The notes beneath the pieces were generated by a model, which was not told the origin of the DNA, searched no databases, and worked only from the letters and a program-made list of their open reading frames with translations. 32,669 nt of DNA from Limisphaerales bacterium (GTDB lineage: Bacteria > Verrucomicrobiota > Verrucomicrobiia > Limisphaerales > SIBE01): NCBI GenBank assembly GCA_044225505.1, contig JBGAIN010000091.1, forward strand, positions 1 through 32,669, read 5' to 3'. This document shows positions 7,853 through 18,397 of the stretch, piece by piece (within the stretch, counting starts at the first letter, position 1; every line of letters begins with the position of its first letter). Both the position numbers and the translations under genes were made by a program.

Positions 7853-8086
7853 CTCAAGTCCCAGACGAGATTCGCGCCTCGGAAGTCTCGATCTTGACCG
7901 ATCGCGCTGGGCACGCCGATCGAACTGGACGAGGGATTCCGACGACGCATAGGTCGATAGGAGCACGATTGACTTGAAGGCCACGGCCATTCAGCTTACC
8001 AGTCGAATTAAAGCCCTCGAGTTGCAGGTTGATGCGGAAGCTTTGCAACATTGCGAGAGGGGCGTTCGCTGGATGGTTCTAATTAT

Positions 8087-9403
8087 ATGATCAGCGCGAT
8101 AAAATACTCAGTGCGAGTCGAGTCTGGTTTGTTGATCGCTTGTGGACTTTTGGCCTGGAACAGCGCGGTACGTGCCGACTGGCCCGAGTTTCGAGGGCCT
8201 TGGGGAAACGGCAATGCGTCGCTTCCGGGCGGTAGCAAGGCGCTAGGTGTGCCGTTGCGGTGGAGCGAGACCAATCATATTCGCTGGAAGACGGCAATCC
8301 CGTACAAAGGCTGGTCCGCGCCGGTCGTGCTGGACAAACAGGTTTGGATCACGACTGCAACCGAGGATGGTCATGACTCCTACGCCATCGGTCTGGACGC
8401 CGAGACGGGCGCGGTTCGTTTTCAGGAAAAGGTGTTTCATACGGACACTCCCGAGCCGCTTGGGAATGGAGCGTCGATGAACTCGTATGCGACGCCCTCG
8501 GCGGTGATCGAGCCTGGCAGAGTTTACGTGCATTTTGGAAGTGCGGGCACGGCCTGTCTGGATACCGAGACTGGGAAAGTGCTCTGGAAGCGTGAGGACT
8601 TACGATGCCGGCATTACCGTGGACCGTCCTCATCGCCGGTTTCGTTGGAGAATTTGCTGATACTCACATTTGACGGGGCGGATCTTCAGTATCATATCGC
8701 GCTCGATAAAAAGACAGGGCAGACCGTGTGGAAAACGGATCGATCGGTGGCCTGGAATGACGAGAACGTGCCAGGACAGATGGCGCGAGACGGCGACTTG
8801 CGAAAGGCCCATAGTACGCCGTTGATCGTGCGAGATGGCGAGCGGTGGCTAATGATTAGCGCGGGAGCGAAAGCGGCTTATGGCTATGATCCCCGGACAG
8901 GGCGTGAGCTTTGGAGAGTGGAACATCCGGATTTCTCCGTGGCGCCACGGCCGCTCTACCAGGATGGAGTGGCTTACATCGTGACCGGCCTGACCAAAGG
9001 TGAGCTCTGGGCCGTCAAGACCGATGGGGACGGCGTCGTGACAGACAGCAAGGTCTTGTGGCGGCTCAAAACCCACGTGGGTAAATATGCCTCACCGCTC
9101 TTGGTGGACGGTCTCCTTTACACGGCAGCGGACGAGAGCTTTGTGACTTGTGTGGACGCTGCGACGGGACAGGTCGTCTGGCGGGAACGTATTGGCGATA
9201 AGTACGCGGCGTCGCCCGTGTATGCTGACGGACGTTTGTATTTCTTCGGACAAAATGGCACCGCAACGGTGTTGAAGCCTGGACGCACGTTCGAGGTTCT
9301 GGCCACGAACAAGTTGGACAACGGATTTATGGCTTCGCCCGGTGTATCGGGCAAAGCGTTGTTCCTTCGCACGAAAAAACACCTCTATCGCGTCGAGGAG
9401 TAA
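8087..9403 (+). CDS. Secreted PQQ-binding-like (BamB-like) beta-propeller repeat protein
   Basis: Signal peptide ending VRA-DWPEFRGP; repeated 'LDxxTGxxxW' and 'ASP' blade motifs. Confidence 0.88.
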   Translation: MISAIKYSVRVESGLLIACGLLAWNSAVRADWPEFRGPWGNGNASLPGGSKALGVPLRWSETNHIRWKTAIPYKGWSAPVVLDKQVWITTATEDGHDSYAIGLDAETGAVRFQEKVFHTDTPEPLGNGASMNSYATPSAVIEPGRVYVHFGSAGTACLDTETGKVLWKREDLRCRHYRGPSSSPVSLENLLILTFDGADLQYHIALDKKTGQTVWKTDRSVAWNDENVPGQMARDGDLRKAHSTPLIVRDGERWLMISAGAKAAYGYDPRTGRELWRVEHPDFSVAPRPLYQDGVAYIVTGLTKGELWAVKTDGDGVVTDSKVLWRLKTHVGKYASPLLVDGLLYTAADESFVTCVDAATGQVVWRERIGDKYAASPVYADGRLYFFGQNGTATVLKPGRTFEVLATNKLDNGFMASPGVSGKALFLRTKKHLYRVEE

Positions 9404-9583
9404 GACTGCGGAAACGGTAACGGATTGCTCAATGGACCGACGGCTGTGCGTCCCGGGGAAAGGGCGCAGGCTCGGAGGCGCCAGCGCGCGAGGCTGATCG
9501 GTAATTCCCGGAGCTCCATTTGGGCGGTCTGCCTGATTGCCTGAGCGGCCGTCGCGTTGGAGGTTGCAACCAAGACAATCCCT

Positions 9584-9703
9584 ATGAAAATAAAACTGAC
9601 GCAGAAGCTGGAAGAGGGGCGGATTGGTTGGATTTTTCTCTGGTTGCTGGGAATTCCTTTGCCGATTCTTCTGATTCTCTTCCTATTACGGGGCTGCACA
9701 TAA
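9584..9703 (+). CDS. Small membrane peptide (39 aa)
   Basis: Manual translation MKIKLTQKLEEGRIGWIFLWLLGIPLPILLILFLLRGCT*; below the ORF-track cutoff; stops 4 bp before the convergent GH88 stop. Confidence 0.7.
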   Translation: MKIKLTQKLEEGRIGWIFLWLLGIPLPILLILFLLRGCT

Positions 9704-9707
9704 AGCT

Positions 9708-11096
9708 TCACTTGAGCTTAGGAAGACAATTGTAGAAGGCGTAATACGGTTTTCCTTCGGCCTCGCGAAGGATCATCAGCGCGAGCTCGCGAGCGTGGTA
9801 ATCTCCCCACATAGAACTTTCGCCATTTGGCACTTTCTGGTGGGGAGCGAGATAATCCCAACCGTTTGGTCGGTGATAGACAGAGTGAATGATCAATCCC
9901 TGATGGGTTGGATCTTCGGAGAGGTAGGGAGCGGCGAACAACGTTCTAGCAATGGTGAAAGCCGCTTGGCGATACCGGTGCCCGGCCGCATTCTGGGCTG
10001 AGCGGTTTAGGTAATTGCCAAGGCGGAGGAGTCCTTGGGCGGTAATGGCGGCGGCCGAACTATCCACAGGTTCCCAAGCATTGAACGGGTCGGAAGGCCG
10101 GTTCAGATAGTCGCCCAAGTGACGGAGTCCAGGAGCGTCCGTGTCCCACATTGGAATGCCGTCGGTGCAAGTGTGATCCAGATAAAAGTCCGCGGTCGCG
10201 AGCGCGGCTTTTAGCATGGCGGCGTTGACTTCTTCAAAGGGAGCAAATGTTGATCGTGGCAAGGTGTGGAAGAACTCGAGCTGCTCGGCAAATCCAGTGA
10301 GTCCCCAAGCTAAGCCACGCGTCCACGTGCTGAATGGCGAATAGCCTTGCTGTGAACTTGGGCATCGAAATGAACCGTCCTTGGTGTTGAAGAGACTTTC
10401 GTGCGCGGTTCGACCTCGCAAGTCGTAATGGTCTCGTCCGGTGCCGTAGTAAATGGAAAAGCGGGTCGTCGCAAGTGCGTGTTGAGCGAGTCGATCGAGA
10501 AGCGATATTCGAACATCGCGTTCTGCCATGAGTAGGTGCCCGAGTTGATGGGCGATAGCCAAAGACCGCAGTGACCGCATCGTGTCGATGAAGAGGGAGT
10601 GGGGACCGTTAAACGAGTAGATGTAGCCCGTCCCGTCGTTGATTGGTGTCCAGCGCGCGGCTTGAACAGCTCCAGAGACCTTCAGCGCCAACTCGTAGAA
10701 CCGGCATTCTTCCTCGGAAGCTGTGATCCTTCCCTCCCGGGCAAGGCGGAGGAGATTGCCGTAAGTCGATACGTTATTGAACCCATGGTCATGCACCCCG
10801 ACGTGGGAAACGTGGGAAGCCATATGTTGGATGACGCTTTGGCGTCCAATTTCAAGGAACATGGCATCCTCGGTCGCATCAAACTGCAGGAGTGCGGACC
10901 CGAATTGAAAACCTTGAGTCCACTCTGTCCAACCGCGGGAGGTGTACTTGCCTTGAGCGGTAAACACAGGGGTTCCGTGGCTGGGATTCCAAGATTTTTC
11001 CAAGCTCTGAATCTTTTCCCCGGAAATCTCGAACACTCGGCGGAGCGTGGGAGCGAGAGTTTGCGGAGCTACGGTCTGGTCAATCTGGATTGGCAT
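9708..11096 (-). CDS. Glycoside hydrolase family 88-like (unsaturated glucuronyl hydrolase-like)
   Basis: Motifs WTQGF, HDHGF, IDTM, QGYSPFSTWTRGLAW, DSSAAAI, WGDYH; no signal peptide. Confidence 0.82.
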   Translation of the reverse strand: MPIQIDQTVAPQTLAPTLRRVFEISGEKIQSLEKSWNPSHGTPVFTAQGKYTSRGWTEWTQGFQFGSALLQFDATEDAMFLEIGRQSVIQHMASHVSHVGVHDHGFNNVSTYGNLLRLAREGRITASEEECRFYELALKVSGAVQAARWTPINDGTGYIYSFNGPHSLFIDTMRSLRSLAIAHQLGHLLMAERDVRISLLDRLAQHALATTRFSIYYGTGRDHYDLRGRTAHESLFNTKDGSFRCPSSQQGYSPFSTWTRGLAWGLTGFAEQLEFFHTLPRSTFAPFEEVNAAMLKAALATADFYLDHTCTDGIPMWDTDAPGLRHLGDYLNRPSDPFNAWEPVDSSAAAITAQGLLRLGNYLNRSAQNAAGHRYRQAAFTIARTLFAAPYLSEDPTHQGLIIHSVYHRPNGWDYLAPHQKVPNGESSMWGDYHARELALMILREAEGKPYYAFYNCLPKLK

Positions 11097-11123
11097 AAAA
11101 GCGGGCTTGGTTGAGGGCGAGGG

Positions 11124-11933
11124 TCAAAGCTGCCTTAGGTGGAACCCACCATCCACGTTGATCACTTCACCGGTGCTGAATGGGAGCAGGTCAAGAGCAA
11201 TAGCGACCACGGCCTTTCCCACGTCCTCAGGCGTGCCCCAGCGCTGGATGGGAGTGAGGCCATTCGCGATAAGGGAATCGTACTTATCTTTGACACTCGC
11301 GGTCATGTCCGTGGCCATAATGCCGGGACGGATTTCATAGACATGGATTCCAAACTCTGCCAGGCGCGCGGCGTAAAGGGGAGTTAGCATCGCCAAGGCG
11401 GCTTTGGATAGGCAGTAATCCCCGCGCGACACTGAGGCGGTGTAAGCGCTAATCGATGTGATCGTGACGATCTTTGGTGCGGTGGTGGCCTCGCCGGTCG
11501 GCTGGTTCAACCGAGCCTTGACTTGGTCGATCATCCACCGAGCTGCAAGCTGTGTCAGAAAGTAAGGTCCCTTGACATTAATACCGAAGAGCCGGTCGAG
11601 GCTCGCTTCGTTGGCCTCGAGCAAATCGACTCGCGCGGTGGGTGCTACCCCCGCATTGTTTACAAGCAAGTCGAGACGGCCAAACGTCGTGCGGGTAAAC
11701 TCAATCAGCCGATTTCGATGTTCCGCAATTGCGATATCTGCAGCGCAGATCTCCGCTCGGATCTTCCGCCCGGCCGTTGTGGCAGTTGCTAGGCAAGCGG
11801 CGGCGGCCTGCTCCGCGGCGCTCCGGTTGGAAGCGAAGTTAAGCAGTAGATCGTAACCGGAGTTCGCGAGTTGGAGGGCGATCCCTCTGCCCAAGCCGCG
11901 CGAGGCACCGGTGATCAATGCTACTGGGTTCAT
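11124..11933 (-). CDS. Short-chain dehydrogenase/reductase (3-ketoacyl-ACP reductase-like, likely sugar-acid substrate)
   Basis: [17 protein letters not shown] (YxxxK), VINVDGG; 27 bp upstream of GH88. Substrate is inferred from context only. Confidence 0.9.
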   Translation of the reverse strand: MNPVALITGASRGLGRGIALQLANSGYDLLLNFASNRSAAEQAAAACLATATTAGRKIRAEICAADIAIAEHRNRLIEFTRTTFGRLDLLVNNAGVAPTARVDLLEANEASLDRLFGINVKGPYFLTQLAARWMIDQVKARLNQPTGEATTAPKIVTITSISAYTASVSRGDYCLSKAALAMLTPLYAARLAEFGIHVYEIRPGIMATDMTASVKDKYDSLIANGLTPIQRWGTPEDVGKAVVAIALDLLPFSTGEVINVDGGFHLRQL

Positions 11934-12014
11934 GTGTTTTCCATGTTTGAGATCGGTCGTTCCCAGCTGTTTCCTTGAGCTCGCCTCGAGCCGTTGGAGC
12001 TGCCCGGTCCTGCG

Positions 12015-12386
12015 CTAGGGCTGGAGGACCTCCCGCACAGCCGCTAGCCAGCGACTCTCTTCCGGAGAAATTCGATTGTCGCTTGCTACCAAATCGTGAA
12101 GGAAAGTGTAAACCAGGCGCTTTTGATTGGGTTGTGAAAAACTCGCGGCCAGGGTCCGGCCCAGTCGGATGGCTTCGGTGGGGGAATGGGCGTGGCGACT
12201 GACGCGGGATACAGATGCGTCGTAGCGGGTGGACCGGTCGTACTCGGTCATCGGTCCCATGGCTTTGAGCAGCTCGTCCACCCGCTGATCCTCGGCAGCA
12301 GCCAAGTGGCCATCCGCGTACATGGCCAGCATCGCGAGATCGAGCAGCGCGTCACGTTGTGACTCTGTCAATTCGATCAAGTTCAT
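12015..12386 (-). CDS. TerB-like (tellurite resistance fold) protein
   Basis: Duplicated 'AMYADGHLAAAE' and 'LVASDNRISPEE' motifs; alternative GTG start at 12395. Confidence 0.7.
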   Translation of the reverse strand: MNLIELTESQRDALLDLAMLAMYADGHLAAAEDQRVDELLKAMGPMTEYDRSTRYDASVSRVSRHAHSPTEAIRLGRTLAASFSQPNQKRLVYTFLHDLVASDNRISPEESRWLAAVREVLQP

Positions 12387-12422
12387 GCGCGCCACTTAAA
12401 CTCTGGCTGAGCCTCGTTGGTT

Positions 12423-14609
12423 CTAGCCTCCGAGCAAGAGCGAGTGTTCGACGCGGTCGTGTCCGAGTCCGTAGCGAGGGAACGCTTTAAGAGAAAAGGT
12501 GATGGCGACGGTATAGTCATCGACTCCATCCCGGCGGTCGCGCACCCGAAATGTCAGGGCAGACGTCCAGTTTCGCAGGTCCCGGTAAATGGTGTAGTAC
12601 TGTTCTTCCATGGTCCAATCCCGAGCTTCGTAATGATGGGTCATTCGCCAGGCCCAGTTCTCATTGATCCGATAGTAGATGCTGCTGCGAATGAGACTGT
12701 TCCCCGAGTTCACGCCGAACGCTGGATCGTCACGGACGTAGAGGTGGCCGAGTGAGATACTCCAAACGTCATTCGGAGTAATTGTCAACCCATGGTTGGC
12801 ATATCGCAGGAAGCCGTTCTGGACGTCTGTCCGTGTTTCGGAATTCAAAGTCAACCAAGAGCGCGGGCGGAAATCGAGATCCGAGAAGAAGTCGGCGAAG
12901 GTTGTTTGGCCGTCTCGACGATCGATTCGCCAGTCAGTGAACAGTCGCCAGTTGATGAGATTATCCACTGTGCCATGGCGTTTGGTCTGAATCTTATTGA
13001 AAAGACCGAGGCGCAGGACGTTTTGCGTATCGATTGCGTCGATTGCGTTGTAATCCGGGAAGTCAATCGGCAGCAGACGTAAGCTCGGAATCTCCGTGTC
13101 GAATTGCGGTAAATCTCGCGGGCGGACATTAGGTGAGGGGACAAAGACATAGTTCACGGAGGGCTCAATAATGTGGCGGATGCCATCAACCTCCCAAAAC
13201 CTGCTCCGAACTCCACCCCAGAGCCGCGATGCCTTGAACGAAACTTCTGCCCCGGTGTTAAAAATGCCGCGATCGCGTTCCTCTAAATTAGGCCCGTCCT
13301 GGTCGGTTTCGCCATAATGCGTGAACCGACCACCGACGCGTGGGGTGACGTTTAGCCAACCGAAAAACGTATACGGCAGCAGGACCTGGTGGAAGGTATC
13401 GGCCCGCATTGCAGCGTAGTTTGTACTGGTGTGTTCTGGAGGCTGGAAACGAAAATAGCCCACCGAGGTCTCACTTTCGTAGTAGAGAGGGGAATTACCA
13501 ATCTGTTGGCGAATGCCGCTCAGTCGGACATCCGGGAGGCGTTCCACCGTCTGAAAGAAATCGTTGATCTGAGGCTGAGCGAGAAGGTCCAAACTGAAAT
13601 TGGACCACTGTTGGTTCAGCTCCAAGAAGGACTTCGGCTGAGGATTTTGCCGATACTCTCCCTCGAAGAAGTCGCGTTCGACAAACGCATCACTCTGCTC
13701 TCGCACCACAACGGTTGCAGTCAGGTTCGTGCGTAGGCTTCCGCGGTGAGAGAAATTGACGTGGTGGCGGTCTGTCTGGATCGGAGCGCCGACGGGATCG
13801 GAACCCGGTTCCAAGTCGTGAATGTAATAGCCCGAGAGTGTTCCTTGACCGTAGGATCCAAGGCTGTAATCAAAGTCCGGGCCGAATCCAACGCCTCGCT
13901 TTTGGTAAGCATCCAGGTTGAGCGCTCCGCTCAAATATTCGTTCAAGTGCCAGTTGTAGGCGCTCCGTAAGAATGGCCCGTATCGGCTCCGATAGCCCGG
14001 TGTGAAAGTGAAGGCGTTCGGAATGCCGTCGAGGCGCCGATGGAAGTAAGGGAAATACATGATCGGCACGCCTCCCAAGTAAAGTGTCGCTCCCTGGGCG
14101 ACCAATGATTTCCCTGGGATTATCTTGAGGCGCTGGGCCCGGATACGATATCCGGGCGTAAGGACGTCGTCGGTGGTAACGTAGGCTTGATTTGCCGTGT
14201 ACACCCGGTTGGTCCCGTCCCCAGGTTCCGAGCCCAGACTGGCCCCACCAGCAAAGAAAGGCGGAAAACCTGCCCGGAAGTCGTTGGCGGTCATTTCCCG
14301 CGTGCGAAGGTTATACGTAACCCGATCGCCTTTCCAAAGGTAGCCGTCGCGCTGGATGCTGACATTCCCCTCGGCATGTGCCTCGCCCGAGTTCTGCTCA
14401 ACCCGAACTGAATTAGCGACCAGCAGGCTGCCCTGGTAACGCACCGCAATGCCGTTTGTCCCAACGATAAGGCCGTTGTCGTAGAACGCGTAGCTTTCCG
14501 GGGTCAAGCCGTCAACTTGCCACTCGGGCTCCTGGTCTTGCGCCTGAAGCGTTGCCACGAATCCCAAAATCAGTGGGAGGAGAAGGTGGGACAGGCAGAG
14601 TATCTTCAT
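12423..14609 (-). CDS. lptD: LPS-assembly outer-membrane protein LptD
   Basis: Signal peptide, N-terminal OstA-like region (AHAEGNV, GDRVTYN), 'VPIMYFPYF', 'PGYRSRYG', VERLP, RHIIEP, and C-terminal amphipathic beta strands. Confidence 0.85.
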   Translation of the reverse strand: MKILCLSHLLLPLILGFVATLQAQDQEPEWQVDGLTPESYAFYDNGLIVGTNGIAVRYQGSLLVANSVRVEQNSGEAHAEGNVSIQRDGYLWKGDRVTYNLRTREMTANDFRAGFPPFFAGGASLGSEPGDGTNRVYTANQAYVTTDDVLTPGYRIRAQRLKIIPGKSLVAQGATLYLGGVPIMYFPYFHRRLDGIPNAFTFTPGYRSRYGPFLRSAYNWHLNEYLSGALNLDAYQKRGVGFGPDFDYSLGSYGQGTLSGYYIHDLEPGSDPVGAPIQTDRHHVNFSHRGSLRTNLTATVVVREQSDAFVERDFFEGEYRQNPQPKSFLELNQQWSNFSLDLLAQPQINDFFQTVERLPDVRLSGIRQQIGNSPLYYESETSVGYFRFQPPEHTSTNYAAMRADTFHQVLLPYTFFGWLNVTPRVGGRFTHYGETDQDGPNLEERDRGIFNTGAEVSFKASRLWGGVRSRFWEVDGIRHIIEPSVNYVFVPSPNVRPRDLPQFDTEIPSLRLLPIDFPDYNAIDAIDTQNVLRLGLFNKIQTKRHGTVDNLINWRLFTDWRIDRRDGQTTFADFFSDLDFRPRSWLTLNSETRTDVQNGFLRYANHGLTITPNDVWSISLGHLYVRDDPAFGVNSGNSLIRSSIYYRINENWAWRMTHHYEARDWTMEEQYYTIYRDLRNWTSALTFRVRDRRDGVDDYTVAITFSLKAFPRYGLGHDRVEHSLLLGG

Positions 14610-14621
14610 CAACGCGCCCAG

Positions 14622-16631
14622 CTAATCAAAACGCCGCTGCACTGCCAAGCGGGATTTGGGGGCGTTAGGAGAATGCATCGGCGACTCGCTTGGGCCCGTT
14701 GGGAGGAAAATGTGAAAAGTGGTCCCACGACCGACTTCGCTAGCCACTTGAATCCCGCCTTTATGCTGTTTGACGATGCCGTAAACGGAGGCCAAACCGA
14801 GCCCTGTTCCCTTACCAATGCCCTTCGTTGTGAAGAAGGGCTCAAAAATATGCCCTAGGATCTCAGGAGGGATGCCGCAACCAGTGTCGGTAACGCTGAT
14901 GCAAGCGACGGGACCGATCGGAGCGTCGGCCCAACCGTCGATCGGAGTTGTTTCACCCACGAGCAACCCCGATGTCGCAATGGTTAACTGGCCCCCCTGC
15001 GGCATGGCGTCTTTGGAGTTTACCGCGAGGTTCAACAAAACCTGTTCAAGCATTCCCGGGTCCGCTCTAACGACTGGGACGGTTGCACTGCATTCGAGAT
15101 GCAACTGGATGTTTTCTCCCATGACGCGCCGCAGCAATTTACCGGTGGCTTCGATGACCGAATTCAAGTCAACGGTTCGAAGCTGCATGACCTGCCGACG
15201 ACTAAACGTTAGCAGTTGACGCGTAAGGGACGCGGCCCGCTCCGCCGCGAACGTAATCTGTTCGGCGGCTTCGCGGACGAAGTCGGTCCTATCTTCTTGG
15301 TCCTTAAGCAGCGCGGCATGGCCTTGAATGACGGTGAGCAAATTATTGAAATCGTGAGCTATTCCGCCGGCTAGTTGCCCAACCGCTTCCATTTTCTGGG
15401 CCTGTCGAAGCTGTTCCTCGAGATGTCGTTGGTCGGTGATATCCTGCGTAACGACAATCATACACTGTTCTTCGCCGAGCAAAATGCGCTCCGCAGAGAT
15501 CAAGACCTCTCTTACTTCGCCGCCCTTAACTCGCAATCGAGTGGGAAAGTTTTTCGCGAGCGAATGCTCCTCCACCAGTCGCACGAGATTCTGCCGGTGA
15601 GAGGGCTCCATCCAAATCCCGAGCTCATACGCGGAACGCCCGATTATCTCGTCCCGAGTCAGGCCGAGCATCTCCGTAAGGCTGGAGTTGGCGTCTATGT
15701 ACCGGCCTTGGTGCAGTGTCACAATGCTGACCGGCAACGGACTGCCATGGAATGCCTTGGAGAACCGCTCTTCGGAGGCCCGCAAGGATTCCTCGGTTCG
15801 TTTGCGTTCGGAAATATCGAAGAAATATCCGAGTAACGCCGGTTGGCCTTGCCAGCTGATCTGGGCAACGGAGCTCTGAACCCAAACCTGACGTCCGTCC
15901 TTGCGAATGCCCGGCCAACCTGGGTGCATGGCTTGTCGCTGCCCGTTCAGAGACGCGGCGCCCCGAGCCTGCAATTCCGCCCGGGCCTCGGGTGCGACGA
16001 AGGTTTCCCAGATGTTACGTCCGACCAAGTCTGAAGGCTGTTCATACCCAGCCAGGCGTGCCGCTGCGCCATTGGCAAAACGGATGATCCCATTCTGGTG
16101 AATGACAAGACCTTCCATTGCTCCTTCGACGATGTTTCGATACTGCCCTTCGGACTGCCGCAGGGCTGCGACCATTTGGCGCTGCTGGGCAAGTTCCATT
16201 GCGTGGCGTGCCTCGCTGGCTTGCAAGGCAGCCTCCGCTCGCTCGAGTCGATCACGAAGGGCACTCTCCTCCAAAACCCGGCGAACAACCCAGCCGACCA
16301 GATCCAATCGTGCTTCGGAAACGACGTTGGTGACGCCGACCGCCAACGCGGCGGCGGTCTCGGGCGGGTCCGACTCGCGGATGATATAGATTATCGGGAC
16401 GAAGGGTGCCTTAGCTTGCAGCTCTTTAAGCAAGGGCGCTACGGTCGGACAGGCGTGGGATTGTTCAATGAATAGGACGGCGGGCACCGATCCAATCATA
16501 GACCCTAGCGACACCGGCGACGGAAGACTATGCCAACTGGGATGGAAGCCGCTCCGCCGCAATTCCGCATCTAAACGGTCCTGATTTGGACCGTCGTTGT
16601 GCAACGCGACCAGGTTGAAAACATCGGGCAT
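14622..16631 (-). CDS. PAS-PAS sensor histidine kinase with degenerate N-terminal receiver-like domain
   Basis: [24 protein letters not shown]-box, [34 protein letters not shown]; two PAS domains. Start 16631 or 16691. Confidence 0.9.
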   Translation of the reverse strand: MPDVFNLVALHNDGPNQDRLDAELRRSGFHPSWHSLPSPVSLGSMIGSVPAVLFIEQSHACPTVAPLLKELQAKAPFVPIIYIIRESDPPETAAALAVGVTNVVSEARLDLVGWVVRRVLEESALRDRLERAEAALQASEARHAMELAQQRQMVAALRQSEGQYRNIVEGAMEGLVIHQNGIIRFANGAAARLAGYEQPSDLVGRNIWETFVAPEARAELQARGAASLNGQRQAMHPGWPGIRKDGRQVWVQSSVAQISWQGQPALLGYFFDISERKRTEESLRASEERFSKAFHGSPLPVSIVTLHQGRYIDANSSLTEMLGLTRDEIIGRSAYELGIWMEPSHRQNLVRLVEEHSLAKNFPTRLRVKGGEVREVLISAERILLGEEQCMIVVTQDITDQRHLEEQLRQAQKMEAVGQLAGGIAHDFNNLLTVIQGHAALLKDQEDRTDFVREAAEQITFAAERAASLTRQLLTFSRRQVMQLRTVDLNSVIEATGKLLRRVMGENIQLHLECSATVPVVRADPGMLEQVLLNLAVNSKDAMPQGGQLTIATSGLLVGETTPIDGWADAPIGPVACISVTDTGCGIPPEILGHIFEPFFTTKGIGKGTGLGLASVYGIVKQHKGGIQVASEVGRGTTFHIFLPTGPSESPMHSPNAPKSRLAVQRRFD

Positions 16632-16771
16632 AGTCAGTTCCGACCCGCGGCACGAGATGCCAAGTCGAACTCGGAAGGTTGTCGATGCCATGGCTGGACT
16701 GCAAGGCCAATCAGGAGCAGGAACTGGAAATCTGCATTTCCATGGCGTCCTCTGAACGGTAGAGTTTTGTC

Positions 16772-17791
16772 ATGACGTCAATGTCGAGCAGTGGCTTTCC
16801 TCTAACCCGGTTGCGGCGCTTGCGGCAGTCTCCGTCAATGCGGCAACTTGTGGCCGAGACTCACCTTCATCCACAACAGTTCGTCTTGCCGATGTTTGTT
16901 CGTTCCGGTGGGCAAATCCGACGAAAGATTGAAGCGATGCCAGGCATTCACCAGGTATCGGTCGACGAAGCCTTGAAAGACGCCTTGGTCGCTTTTAAGA
17001 CGGGGGTTCGGGCGGTCTTGCTCTTTGGGATCCCGGACTCTAAAGATGAAAAAGCCTCAGGAGCTTACGCTGCCGACGGAGTTGTGCAGCAAGCGGTGCG
17101 ACTTTTGAAACGTGAGCTGCCTGAGCTTATCGTCATTACCGACGTTTGTTTGTGCGAGTACATGAGTCACGGACACTGTGGCTTGATAGAGATGCGGGCA
17201 GGGCAGGGGCGAGTCATGAACGATCCGACTCTAGATTTGCTGGCACGCACCGCTTTGTCGCATGCGGAGGCGGGCGCAGACATGGTGGCGCCGAGTGACA
17301 TGATGGATGGACGAGTTCGTGCTATTCGTGAACACCTGGATGGAAGTGGCTTTTCTGAGCTTCCAATTATGGCGTATGCAGCCAAGTTCGCCTCGGCTTT
17401 TTACGGGCCGTTCCGTGAAGCGGCTGAGTCCGCACCAAAATTTGGCGACCGTCGAAGTTACCAGATGGACGCGCCAAACGCGCTGGAGGCCCTGCGCGAG
17501 GTGCAACTCGATATTCAGGAGGGTGCGGATATTGTGATGGTAAAGCCCGCTCTGGCGTATCTCGATATTATCTACCGGGTGAAATCAACCACGGGCTATC
17601 CAACGGCTGCTTATGCGGTCAGCGCAGAGTATTCGATGATTAAGGCCGCGGCGCAGAATGGTTGGATCGACGAGCGCGCGGTCATGATGGAAGCGCATTT
17701 GGCCATGCGCCGAGCAGGGGCAGATATTCTGATTACCTACGCAGCCACGTCACTGGCAGGATGGCTGCGGGAGGAACGCGGTGAAAGTTAG
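16772..17791 (+). CDS. hemB: Porphobilinogen synthase (delta-aminolevulinate dehydratase), Zn-type
   Basis: RLRRLR, DVCLCEYMSHGHCG zinc motif, APSDMMDGRV, KFASAFYGPFREA, MVKPAL. Confidence 0.97.
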   Translation: MTSMSSSGFPLTRLRRLRQSPSMRQLVAETHLHPQQFVLPMFVRSGGQIRRKIEAMPGIHQVSVDEALKDALVAFKTGVRAVLLFGIPDSKDEKASGAYAADGVVQQAVRLLKRELPELIVITDVCLCEYMSHGHCGLIEMRAGQGRVMNDPTLDLLARTALSHAEAGADMVAPSDMMDGRVRAIREHLDGSGFSELPIMAYAAKFASAFYGPFREAAESAPKFGDRRSYQMDAPNALEALREVQLDIQEGADIVMVKPALAYLDIIYRVKSTTGYPTAAYAVSAEYSMIKAAAQNGWIDERAVMMEAHLAMRRAGADILITYAATSLAGWLREERGES

Positions 17792-18297
17792 CCGCGCAAC
17801 TTCTGGTATGCGATAAAAAGAAAAACGACAATAATCACTGCCAGCACGATCCCAATCGTAACGAAAATGACGGCGGTTTTGTTGCTCTTCTTGGAAAAGG
17901 GAGAATCTTTGTCGAAGACCGGTTTGGCTCCCTGGTCGAAGTCACCAAGCTTTACGCCACCAATAACTCGGGTTTGATCGAACTGTTTCTTGGAAGGAGG
18001 GGCTGCTTCGCCCGTTTCCAACCGCATTTCGATTTGCCCAAGGCGCAATATCTGGCCGGGTTTGAGCGGCGCTTCGGTCGTGACCCGTTCGCCATTGACA
18101 AAAGTGCCGTTCGTCGAGCTCAGGTCCTTGACGACAACGTCTTTCCCGCGCAACAACACTTCACAGTGGTGACTAGAAACAGAACCTTCGGAAATCTGAA
18201 AGCTATTGTCATCAACGCGGCCAATCGTGGTTTTATCCACTTTTAGTTCGTAGCTTTTCCCGGTCAATCCTTCGCTTAGAACGACAAGTTTGGCCAT
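17788..18297 (-). CDS. FHA domain protein with C-terminal membrane anchor
   Basis: TIGR, VSSHH, DLSSTNGTFVNG FHA motifs; C-terminal hydrophobic helix. Confidence 0.9.
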   Translation of the reverse strand: MAKLVVLSEGLTGKSYELKVDKTTIGRVDDNSFQISEGSVSSHHCEVLLRGKDVVVKDLSSTNGTFVNGERVTTEAPLKPGQILRLGQIEMRLETGEAAPPSKKQFDQTRVIGGVKLGDFDQGAKPVFDKDSPFSKKSNKTAVIFVTIGIVLAVIIVVFLFIAYQKLRG

Positions 18298-18316
18298 AGG
18301 TGCTTAGGTGCCGCGC

Positions 18317-18344
18317 ATTATCCCACTGACAAAGCTCAAGTCAA
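18317..18344 (-). promoter_or_regulatory. Putative sigma70 promoter of the FHA gene
   Basis: TTGACT-N16-GATAAT with a TGn extended -10. Confidence 0.5.
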
Positions 18345-18397
18345 ACCGTTTCGTCCGTTCGTCTCGGAAATGAGAGGGAACAACGGCTGGCGTTAGC

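Noticed and set aside
12015..12395. Tellurite-resistance or anti-phage ter operon
   Set aside because: Only a lone TerB-like gene; no terA/C/D/E/Z or associated genes nearby.
14609..14845. Frameshifted receiver domain making the second kinase a pseudogene
   Set aside because: The alternative frame shows no receiver motifs, the kinase core is complete, and only 12 bp separate its stop from lptD.
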